Origin: Lepidodermella squamata
Taxonomy: Eukaryota; Animalia; Gastrotricha
Direction of reading: 5' to 3'
DNA length: 64,000 nt
Assembly: GCA_047495785.1 (NCBI GenBank)
Contig: JBLDXI010000055.1
Coordinates: forward strand, 1,240,001-1,304,000
The notes below the pieces were generated by a model, which made no database searches, was not told the origin of the DNA, and was given only the letters and a program-made list of their open reading frames with translations. How positions within the stretch are numbered: position 1 is the stretch's first letter; every line of letters begins with the position of its first letter. This document shows positions 40,815 through 51,904 of the stretch, one piece after another. Made by a program: the position numbers and the translations under genes.

Positions 40815-42538
40815 ATGGACAAAGACGAAAAGCCTGAAAAACCGACGGAAGCAAATGATAAGGTACCTCGACGCCCCAGTTCCAGTTCGACGGAGTCTTC
40901 TCCTCGGCCATCAGCCAATGCTCCTTATCAGGGCATTCCCATTTTACTCGAAAGTCCTCGACGTCCGGGTCAGAGTGGCACTGGAGTTTTCAATCTGGCC
41001 GTATCTCCCAACGTCAGTCCACGTCTTCCTGATGTATATCAAAATATGATGCGCTTAGAGACAGATGCTGGCTCAATAGCTGGATCCCCGCCAGCTTTCA
41101 TGACATTGCAAGATTTAGTGGAAACAGCGTTGAACGCAAATAACATGGCACTAGCTCACGAAATAGCTGTAAACAGCAACTTCCGACTTGAGAAATACGA
41201 ACCCCCTTCAAATAGCCTTGAAAAGCAAGTTCGCGACACGGTTGTTCGAGCATTTTGGGACGTTTTACGCCTCGAGGTTGAAAGCGATCCACCGAAATAT
41301 GACCGCGCTCTCATGTTATTGGAGGAGGTCCGGGAGCTGCTTTTTACTTTCTTGCTACCTCAGCACGCACAATTGAAACAGGAAATTGAGGAAGTCTTAG
41401 ACCTGGATCTCATCCGCCGCAAGCTATCTGGTGATGTTTTTGAGCTCAAACCTTATGCAAACTTCGTAATTGGCGTTCTTGCTCGCCTATGTGCGCCAGT
41501 CCGTGATCCCGATATTGAGCGGCTTCGTCACGTAGAGGATGTCGTCGATCTCTTTAAAGGCATTTATGCCTTGATGGAGCAAATGAAAATGGACATGGCT
41601 AACTTTACCATTGATCAATATCGGCCTATAATTCAACAGAATGCCGTAGAATACGAGAGGCGTAATTTCGAAAAACTGCTGCAAGCGCAAACAAATCATG
41701 GAATTGATGGATTAGAGGCCACGAAAAAATGGTTTGCAACTGCGTTGAATAAACTATCTAGCGAGGAACTAACGCAATCGGATATGCCCTCGTTGGTCAG
41801 TCATGCTTATGTGGACATACTAATGCGCCTAACCGCAGCGGAAGAGCGTTTTACGCCGGAAAATTTCCCGGAAACCCTGCTACTAGATCAGGTGCGTTTT
41901 GCTGATCTCTCTGCCGACTTGCACCAGATCATCAGTCTTTCGGCTGTCATCCTCATCACATACAACGCAGTCGGCGAGAAAATCTCTGCAGTTCCCAATT
42001 TAAAAACCAAGCTCAAAGAAGACCTCATTGCTCTTTTAGAAGCTGTTTCTAATGATATTCAACTCAAAGATCGACTTGTTTCTATTGCTGAGCATGTTAT
42101 CAAATTAGTCAGTGACCAATTGGAGGCAAACGGACGCGATGTTATCGGGGATGTTCAATGTGCAGTCCTCAAGGGACAAATCAAAGATCTCCATGGAGAT
42201 AATCATGTTGTTCAACTAATTCGGAAAAGAACCGCGGCGTTTTTAGTCTCGCTAATGTCTTCCCGTCAGCCTTCTCAACAGGTAATTATCAACTTAACAT
42301 CTGAAATTTATTCATTTATTTCTCAATTGTATAGGTTCGCATTCCCCCGGGTCTTTCGGCTATGGAACGAGAATTTGCCTTATTTTGTCGTCGCTTCATT
42401 CGCTTGACCATGTACAATCGATCGGTTTTCGGTGAATACTACTCCAAAATTGTCTCAGACATACTGGCAATCAAAGCTGCTGACAGGTCGCAACAAACGA
42501 ATTCAGCTCAAGTAAACTCGGAACAAGCGAGTCCCTAA
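40815..42538 (+). CDS. TCP11L1: T-complex protein 11-like protein; exons 40815-42281, 42335-42538
   Basis: NMALAHEIAVN, SLEKQVRDTVVRAFWDVL, LCAPVRD, MKMDMANFTI, FPETLLLDQVRF, final exon YNRSVFGEYY. Confidence 0.9.
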
Positions 42539-43099
42539 CTCAGAATAATGTGACTTTCACGAAAGACTTCCTCTGTAACGATTTGATTCTCGTTGTTATT
42601 CTTGTTATTTTTTTCTAAAGATGTCTTTAATCACGTAGGCAATACCGCAAAAATTATTGATCGTTTAACCATAAGTTTTGCCCTCGGGGGTGCTTTTTTG
42701 TCGGCTAAAAAAGAACGAACGGCACTAAGTGCGTGTCTCTATTTTTTTCCATCAAATTTCCGCTGTTTTAAATATGAGCTGTAAACGGCCAAATTCTACT
42801 GAGGCGATATTGGTTATTTGTTACTCATATACTTATTATTATTCATACTAATAATTGTTATTATTAAACTGTTGAGGTAGCTTCTTGCCGCCCATTTCTC
42901 GAAAAATAAAAAAAATCTTTTGTTGAACAAAGTTGTTATTCGTTTATTCTGTTGGCGCAGTCAGTCAGTTTACATAAAAATGAAAGTAATCTCATCGGAA
43001 AATGGAATGCCACAATGTAAGCAAGCACTTTGTTTATAACAAATTTAATACTGGAATTTGAATAGCCTAAATCATATACATTTTCATTTTTGTTCGATG

Positions 43100-43673
43100 T
43101 TAAACTTGACCATACGGAACGTTGGTCGGCTGGGACAGGGGTGAAGCACCTCGCCTGACCGCATTGTAATACCACCAGCAATAAGCCGAAGAAATTCCTG
43201 CCCATTTGATGGTGATGAAAGACCACACAGCACCCATCCAATTGCTGTTGCCGTAAATTATCAAATCTGCATTGAAATTACAATCATTTTCAATCATTGT
43301 CTAATTCAATTATTCGGATTTCGTGGGGTGAAAATTATTAACCTTCTTTGTAGTAAGCTCCAGTGGTAATGTAAACAATAAAAGCTGTCAATGCGGCGAC
43401 GCATCCGAGGATACTGATAACGAGGGCGGCAATTAGAGGCGCTTTCCATTGCCTGGACATCCACACATTGCGCAGTTCGAGAATGTTAATGATCATGGCC
43501 AGAGCGGCAAAAAGGCCGCTGGCTAAACCCCACGCGGCGGCGTGGTAGTCCTGATAGTGGCCGCCGAAAGTCAGAAAAATTGACACGCCAATGAAAACGC
43601 CGAGCGACGAATAGCATATGCGCCAAATCAGCCGCTTTCGTCTATCGGGAAAGCATTTCTTTTCACAGGGCAT
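43100..43673 (-). CDS. SLC48A1: Heme transporter HRG-1/SLC48A1 family, paralog A; exons 43673-43343, 43266-43100
   Basis: Four hydrophobic segments; RICYSSLGVFIGVSIF, AAAWGLASGLFA, AFIVYI, AVWSFITIKWA match the HRG-1 pattern (human SVWSFISFKWA as recalled). Confidence 0.85.
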
Positions 43674-44768
43674 GGTTATGCTGTGTGTGTACGAGCGGCA
43701 GGGGCGCGGAATGCAAACACGGAAAGCAATAAAAGCCCTAAAAAAGTGTACATATGTAAAACATAAAACATTGGAAAAACGACGTTGATGACGGCGAATG
43801 ATTACGACGACGCGATATTAGTATAATAGGCGCACGCAAATTCGTGCCGCGATACTGCGCGCAAATAATGCTGTCAAGAACGGAGCAAAAATCGAACACA
43901 ACCCGCCGCCGCCGTCGACTTCGTTATAGTAAGGAGAAGAAATTGCGTGAACGAGAAAAAAGTGGAAAGCTATCGCCCGAAGACGAAAGCCGACTGCGTG
44001 CCGTCAAGTGAGAGAACGGCGCAGGATCGGCGGCGGCGACGGCACTGGCGGGAAATTTCGCTGCGTTCGATTTTAGCAGTAGCAACATTTTCCTTATAAC
44101 AACACTACCGCTGCAATATACATGGGGAGTAATAATGAAAACATGGCACTACGTAATGCAGCGGCATCCGCTTCGGCATCGCCAAATCTATAAAAATTGC
44201 GCGGGTAAGGCCGTCAAAGGAAGCAAAAAAGCAGATTAGACCAGCAACTGTGTCTTTGCGACGACGTATTTGAACGCCATTTTAGATGTATAAGAACGCG
44301 CGACATGTATAATGAGCGCAGAAAATTATAGCGCGCATTTCATCGCGGCCGCCGGAACCGCGTGTGTGATGGCGAAAAACGCACACGCTCGATATTATTA
44401 TTAATGATAATAATAACTCGCCAACCGTAGATGCAAAAAAAATCAAAATCGTATCCACCCAGCCTTAATCGACGGCGCCTAGGAGAGGAAGCAAGGGCGC
44501 GGCGGAAACTCGGGGCAAATAAATGCGATTGCTTTTGAGTTGGAGCGAAAAAGCTGAGTCGGGTTGGTAAAAGCAATTTTTATTAGAGCGATACGCCCTG
44601 ACCAAGTATGTGCTTGGAGCTCATCAAGAATAACCGAATGAAGAAGTGAATGTCATCGAAACATCTAAAAGAAAACATGCGTATAAGCAATGTGACGTAA
44701 ATTTAACACAGTTCTTTTTTTTAGGCTCACGAGGTGAGCGCACGCGGTTCAAAACACACTAATAATTA

Positions 44769-46171
44769 TCACACTACTGAGCGGCGATGATGATTTCCTG
44801 GCCGGTGTTTTCGATGACCTGTTCGACTTGGCTGATATCGCGGCACCAAGCCATCAAACGTTGCTGCATCTTCGCCAGTTGGTTCTTGTCCAAAACGCGA
44901 GGTTGGACCCAGCTGATGTGAACGAGCTACAAACAAAGGAAGCCAGTTTTTGAATTGCAAGCGAAAATTATTAGGGCATCATACCTGAGAGACTTCGTCG
45001 ATGCAGCCGCGAATGAGACCCAGCGACATGGCTTGCATAACGAGAGCTTCGACTTCGAAAAGTTCAACACCGGTTTTTGAGGCGATGTCGGCGAAAGGAA
45101 TGTGGCGATTTTCCCCAGGCCTCGAGAAAGCCAGTTCGACGAGACACATCAGGCGCATTTTCTTGAGCAGTTCTTGGCCACGACCGGCCAGATCAGGCTG
45201 GCTACGCCACGTTTTCCCCATAGCTGGAAACAAATAAATTAAAGATTACTCAAGATGCGTTACCAGAGGATCGGTAGAGGAATTTAGTCGATTAGAAAGA
45301 TGCTTTACCATTGAATTGATTCATGTCTCCAGCATTGAATACGCCAATGAGATCGACGAGCCACGACTTGTCGGTTGGGCGGAGCGATTCCAAAATCTGG
45401 TGTTGCAGCAGCTCGCCAAAGTTGTAGACGTTTTTGCCGAGGAGCGCTGCTAGGCAGAGGTCAAAGGCACGCTCGCGCTGCGACTCGATCGGGACAGTCG
45501 TAATATCGGTGCAGCCGAGAAAACGCAGGGAGTGCCGGTAGTACTGGCTGAAGTCGCCAATCAGCTTGTAGTAAAGCGAAGACAGTTCGTAAAAACGGCT
45601 GTGAACTTTCGTAACAGATGACAGTTCATCAATGTGCTTTTCAGCCTCAGCAATAGCCGCCTTAAAAAAGGTAAATTTAGGCTTATGAGACCTTATTCGA
45701 TCATTTTTTCCCTCTTACCTTTGCTCCAGCAACATCGCTAGTTTTCAAACAGATCATTCCGGCCGAAGTGATGCAGAGGACAACAGCTTCATGGTTAGCC
45801 TTTACCTTGTCTTTGGTTTTACCTAGCAGATCAAGGGCTTCGTCCTTTGCTGATAAATAGAATTTTTTCAATAAGCATTTTATAACCGTTTCGATCAACT
45901 CACAATCAATCTGTTGAACGACCATATCGGCAATTTCAGCCAGAGACAACGGGTTGATACGGTGTTCAAAATCGACGATGAACTGGGAATAGGTCTGCAC
46001 CAAGCGCTTGTTGGTCTGAAAGTGGGGGTGGCGCAAAAATTGCAGCATCTCAAGGGTCAGTTGATGCCACAACTTTTTAGCGAGCAACTGCTCGATAATA
46101 GCCCAACGCTCGACCACATCACGGGGCGCCCCAACTTGCTGCTCCGCCAAAAACGCTCCAACATTGACCAT
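44769..46171 (-). CDS. PSMD13: 26S proteasome non-ATPase regulatory subunit 13 (Rpn9), multi-exon
   Basis: KKLWHQLT, FEHRINPLSLAEI, YNFGELLQHQIL, KMRLMCLVELAF, EVEALVMQAMSLGLIRGCIDEV, VHISWVQPRVL (PCI domain). Confidence 0.95.
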
Positions 46172-46550
46172 TTTATTTTATGTAGCGTAAAATAAGACAA
46201 ACTAACAAATGGATAGAGAAAATTGTATATATATATTGGCATTTTATGAATATTGAAGGATCGGTAAAATTCGTAAATAGAGCAAACATCAAGGTTATAA
46301 AACTGCTAAACAAAAATTGAATCATGAACAAGGCACGATTTGGCTGTGGTAAGAATGAGCGAATTCAGAGTGGTTCAACTAATCGAGGAGCAGCAAAAAA
46401 CTGAGCGAATGAGCGTAGAAACAATCACATCAATGATAAATTATTGCCATGTTTCTGGGAACAGTTGCTGTTCATAACACAGACAAAAATGACTCCAGAT
46501 CGTTGCATTAACTTGATACTTGACAATTGTAAAAAAAAGACCAAGTCCAA

Positions 46551-47149
46551 TTAAACTTTTTCTGAGGCGTTAGCCGGAACCATTGGTTCTTTCTCCTCGA
46601 CATCGGGCGAATCTCCGGCTTTGTCAGAGCTACTCGTCAACTCCTGAGATCCTTTTTTCTCGTTCGACAGTCCATATTTGTGCTGTTTGTAATAGGTCCA
46701 GCTGAGCCATGTTAACATACCTGTAATTGAAATGCATTAGGATTAACAGATTTTACCGTCGGCAACTAACCGGTCCATTTCAGAGTCATGGATGACCAGA
46801 CGGACCCCATCCAAAGGCTATTTCCGTAGACGATAATGCCTTCCTTGTGGATAATTGCCAATACCACGTAAGTTATAAAAGCAGCGAGGGCAATGACCGA
46901 AGTCACAATGCCCAGAATAAATAGGCCGAACAAAGCTCCAGTTCGGGTTTTCCAATAATTTTTGAACTCGAGAACATTGAGCGCGAGGACAAATGCGGCG
47001 AAGACTCCACTCGCGATTCCCCAGTAGGCGGCATGGTAAGAATGGAAATGCAATAGGAAGGCGAAAAATACCGAAATGCCGGTACAAACACCCGACACGC
47101 TCATTCCGATACGGAAGTACATTTTTGCTTTAGGCGACATGCAACCCAT
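46551..47149 (-). CDS. SLC48A1: Heme transporter HRG-1/SLC48A1 family, paralog B; exons 47149-46771, 46720-46551
   Basis: TGISVFFAF, AAYWGIASGVFAAFVL, NYWKT, AAFITYVVLAIIH, SVWSSMTLKWT; clearly paralogous to 43100-43673. Confidence 0.88.
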
Positions 47150-47595
47150 TTTTTGCGCTTGATAATTAAATCACCTAGATATTAACGGACAAAAGAATCA
47201 GGGTAAAATTGTATTCATAAAACATTAACAAGTAAGCAATAAATTATAGGCGAATAATAATTCTAAGTCAAAAAATTTCGGACGCCCTTCAGCGCACACT
47301 TGAGCGATAAAAAATGGCGAGCAGGCGGACTGGAAGCAGATAAAACCATGCGGTCTCCGCGTGACAATAATTTTTGGCCTAGAATTAAAGCGCACCCATG
47401 TCGGTTCGCTGGACAAATAAGATCGGCACATGACCCTAGCGCCCGCACGCTGCAGACTAACAAACAAACGAAATCATGAAGCGTCCGTCAGCTAATTACA
47501 AAATTTCAAGTGCGAAAACAAGACAAACAAATCACGACAATCACGCGAGATCTCAGCACCATTTAAGAAATGTATTTCATATTCGATGAATTGTA

Positions 47596-48806
47596 TCAAA
47601 CTGAACCAGCAAACTTGGCAGACAGCGTGTGCAAAATACGAACCAGCGCCTTCGCGTCGCCACTGACCACGTCCTCGGGTGTGACTCTTTTCAGCGGGAT
47701 GTCCATGTCTCGCATCAGATCAAACGCAAGGCGAACGTTTACTAGCTTCTCGGCCTCGTTGGCCGGAGTCTGGTGGCAGGCATGGAGAGGCACGAAAAAG
47801 TCACCCAGCATTCCCAGAAGCAGCAACAATATAAAGCCATCAGACATTTGCTTTTCAATATCGATCACAGATACCCCAAGTCTGTCGAGGTAACCATTGA
47901 CAAATGCCAGACATTGCTGAAAATAAATAATATATTATTTTCCAAATATTCAATAGCAAATCATTTACTCTCTTAGTTTTGGCTAATTTTTCAGGAGCTT
48001 GCTCAAACATGGTGTCAAAAGCATCACGCGTTTGATTGTTCGACGTAGATGTCAAATTCTCCAAGTGGGCCTTGAGGGGTCGAACTGACCCGTTAGCTCT
48101 GACATATCGATTACACGTAACGGTAACGTTTTCTGGAAAGCGCATCGCCGGATCAAAGTGGTTAATTAGGGTTACCAGAAGTCGCACGATTGCAATAAAA
48201 TCTTTCGAGTGAATTTCTGAAAAAAACAATGCGTTTGGCTTGAAATTTAGCTATCTTTTGGGCTTTTGGTATTCACATACGCTCAGCAGTCCAAGAAAAT
48301 TCAGATGGGCGCCTATACTTGGCTTCGATGTGTTCAATCAGCGACCTTAATTTGTCAAGTTGATGAGCCGGCGATTGAACTACCTCGGCGAAGAAAGGAA
48401 CACTAGGATCCTCAGATTCTAAAAAAAATCAAAGAAGTAGGATCGAATGACAGAAAGAAGCTGAGATTACGCATGATCTTGTGAATGATCTGGCCGTCGT
48501 ACAAGTCGTCAAGCAAGTCTCTAACAACAATGTTCTCCTTAGCTAATCGGTGATTAATCCATTCTTTTATCATGAGCACCAGTTGCTGAACCTTTGGGGC
48601 ATTGAGCGATTCAGGATCGAGTATTGATATTTCTTTACCCTCCTCGAGCCGATGGAAGTGTGAATCGTTTATATCAATCGAGGTTTCACCTGCGTTATGA
48701 ACAAACATGAGCTTTGTGAAATCACTTAATATGATTCAAAATTACCTTTGTCTTTTCCCTTCTTTCGGGATAACGTAAATTTTTCAAAAATTGGCATGTC
48801 AGTCAT
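47596..48806 (-). CDS. Parvin (two calponin-homology domains), multi-exon
   Basis: TLSRKK, EWINHRLAKENIVVRDLLDDLYDGQII, IHSKDFIAIVRLLVTL, RDAFDTMFEQAPEKL, QMSDGFILLLLLGMLGDFFVPLH, NVRLAFDLM, DAKALVRILHTL. Confidence 0.92.
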
Positions 48807-48870
48807 GATTGTGCTAATGGTGATGTAAAATAAGCTATAAAATAACAAATAACACGAATGATAATTAAAT

Positions 48871-49454
48871 GATCATGGAATTGTGGATGAATCAAGGGGG
48901 TGTAAAGGTCAAATGTAGCCAGATGCATATAAGATATCCCCCTTTATGCATACATATATTCTTGTTTCACTGTGCAAAAAACAGGCACATATCTGGGTTC
49001 TGCTACTCAAAGGTTCGGAAATTTTAGAAATAACAAAGCATATGGTAATACATGTATCACCGGATACTCATCACTATCGAAAAATTACTGATTGCTATTT
49101 CAGACCGCTCTCCAAGGTATTTTTCGACCGCTGACCTTATGATCACGTCTTTCGTCTTTCGTGGTGTAGGCATAGTCGGTACCGTAATGTAACCTGCACC
49201 CTATCCTACCTTGCCCTAACCATCAAAATGTAAAATACAAGGGAAAACCAACTGACAAATGCTTCACACTTCTCTTTGCAGCCACCGCTGGCAGCACCAT
49301 ACTACTTGGAACTTGGACAAGTGGCTAGATGGATGTTGGATCCAGCCACCATTCCAGATGATTCAGAAGAGGTGTTAGGTGGATTAATCTTTATTACCTA
49401 TAAATAAACTGAATTCTGAAACCGAAGATACTGCTTGTAGCTCTCAGCTACAAG
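48871..49454 (+). other. Possible unannotated spliced gene fragment or pseudogene (chain of mini-exons)
   Basis: GT-AG introns 48908-48984, 49045-49103, 49184-49281, 49379-49440 join phase-compatible segments into one open frame; no in-frame start found and no family recognised. Confidence 0.3.
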
Positions 49455-50296
49455 GTACAGAGCTTTATAGAATACAATAGCGTATTTAGGAGGCTACTAT
49501 GAAATATAAACTTGGCCCAGGATTACAGCTTTGCGATACATATATTAACTGACGTTTTCAGCTTGCAAATGAAAGGGTAGGTTTGGCTTCAGCCTCAGAG
49601 CCTCGGATAAGTTTTAGTTTAACGAAATGCGAGGAAGTAGCGTACGTAAGAGGTAAGAGCTTCCTTTGGAGTCCCGCAACTCATTCAAAACTCAGGAGTA
49701 GTCGCTGAAAAATTATGAACGTTTTCGAAAACAAAATCGTTTTCACCTATATTAAAATTCTGGACAACAGGTTTTCATCATCGTTAACATTCCCAGCGGA
49801 TAAAAGTGTTCGCAGTATAAAATCTTAAAAAGTTTTAGTTTTGAGGGTTTTTTGAAAAAACGCGCGCTTCACATGTCCCCGCCCGCCTCGCTGTCTGCGC
49901 CTCTCTGTCCGCGCCCTGTCTCCAGTTGTGCGCCAGCTGCCAGCTGCCTACTTTGGACTGTGGAAGCGTTTACATTCACATACCGTTTGAAACATAATAG
50001 TTTTGTTGTCCTGTCCGAACTAGTTTGACGAGAGTCGTTGCCAACAATCAACAATCATCTTCATAATTCTGTCTTATTGGCGTTCGGTGTCACATTTTGT
50101 TGATGTCGACTGTACTAATTCAGTCGCTAATTCTTGTCTGTCCGACCCATTTTTGATTCAAGATGCTACTGCGCGCAGCATGGCTGCCGTGTACTTAATT
50201 TAAACGCTTATAAACTGATTTATCGCCTTCAAGCTTGAATTCATAAACTGTACAATTTCATTCTTTAGTCCCCTTTTCAATAAATTTCGCGATAAA

Positions 50297-50923
50297 ATGG
50301 CCGGCGATCTTGGCGTTAAAGCTCTTGCTATCATATTGCCCAATGCAAGCTCTTTTTTGGGATGCCCTTGTGCTGGTGGCAGCTCTTGGTCTGGATGTTG
50401 CAAGGTAATCCCCGATATCTTATTTCATATTCCCAAGTTGTTGTTTTTATGCTAGGCTACTGAGCAAAGCACACCTTGCCCGTGCCCGATGCCGAAGGCT
50501 GCATGGCATACCGCACTTTTTGCCGCGAATTCATCAACGGGCTACGCCAGCTACTTGATCTGGAAGGAACTGCGTGGTTTTGGTCATCACGAACACACCG
50601 CTTTTGCTGCGTTCTTGCTGTCTGGTGCTGTTCATCCAAGTTTACTGAGAAATGCTGACAAATGGGGATATGGCCCAGCCATCGTCAATTCCGTGCTTGG
50701 TGTCGGCTTGGCTTTTTGCGTGACGAAATTGTTCCTTAAAGTCGACAGCCGTGCTGGACACTTTTTCATTCCTGGTATTTTATTCAAATACATAATCTTT
50801 ATTACTTGACCAATGTTTGTTTTTCAAGGGGTTATCCTGGCTCTGCTCCGTGCTGGGTGCACTATTTCCTGCGCTGGTGGAAAGTGCGGAAAAGAAGGCG
50901 CCTGCTGCCCAGCGAAAAAATGA
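50297..50923 (+). CDS. Divergent cysteine-rich TspO/MBR (translocator protein)-like membrane protein, 173 aa; exons 50297-50404, 50456-50774, 50829-50923
   Basis: GYASYLIWKELRGF (human TSPO GYGSYLVWKELGGF as recalled), ILPNASSFLG (TM1), FLKVDSRAGHFFIP (TM4-TM5 loop); TSPO-like length. Confidence 0.75.
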
Positions 50924-51904
50924 GAGTGCGGTTTTCTTGAGAAGTAGACTTTAACTCGACATCAATTCATTTGCTTGCTACTTAACGGTTTATTGCTACA
51001 GTTGACCGAGGTCTCGCCACCTTAAAACCTTCCACCAATACTTAATCTAGATGAACCGCTCTTTCAGATGAGTTCAATTGTTATCCATGTATCACTTTGG
51101 CCACGCCAACTAAGTAATGAATAGATCTTAATCATGATAAATTTTATTCTCACCTAAGTGTATGGTCTAAGTGTATTTTCAGCTCAAATCCTGTTTCAAT
51201 AATTGTTTACCATTTCTGGTTTAATCAGATTAAATAAAATAACGACTTCATTCAGATTCGCTTCGTTTTGTTGATTTTTTCATGTGGGCAATTCCAGAAT
51301 TGCTGAAGTATCTAACGGCTTCAATTATATATCAACGCAGCTGGTCAATAATTAATTCAACGCGGAGGTGATGGCTGAAAACAACATTGACTGACTGTAA
51401 AAATGTCGCATGCTTGATCATCCGGAGCTTTTACAGAGCGGAATAACACTGCTGAGCACTCAAGTATATATGCGTTTTTTCACCTGCAATTAGGGTTTGC
51501 GTAAATGAGGGTTAAAATCGATATCACTGTTTTTTGTGGTCGATCACGCATCGCGCGCACTGCAGCACAACGTGGCGCATTGCATTACCTTCCGATGTGA
51601 ATTGATTTCATTATTAATGTTACCTAAGGGATGTGGGATATATTAAAGCAGGGGTTTAGACAAGCATAAATATATGCAATGCGTGTTGCCTTTTCTGGCT
51701 GACTTCGTGGCGCTTATTTCATTATTTTAAGCGATATTTTCTAGTGAAATTAGTGTATGAGAGAATGAGGCATTCTAGCAGGTGCACTTTATGCATCGTA
51801 ATTCTTCGCATAAGCTAAGTACGCCTGAAAGAGCCCAACTGAGGCGGCAAAATATCGACCCATCCTACAAAGACATACTTACAAATTTTATTTTGTTAGA
51901 CAAT

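Noticed and set aside
42873-42895. tgaggtag let-7-like seed
   Set aside because: Match stops after 8 nt and no precursor hairpin is evident.
50921-51160. TGA after the TSPO-like ORF read as selenocysteine (would give KK-U-ECGFLEK)
   Set aside because: No convincing SECIS (AUGA..AA..GA kink-turn hairpin) in the 3' region; treated as a normal stop.
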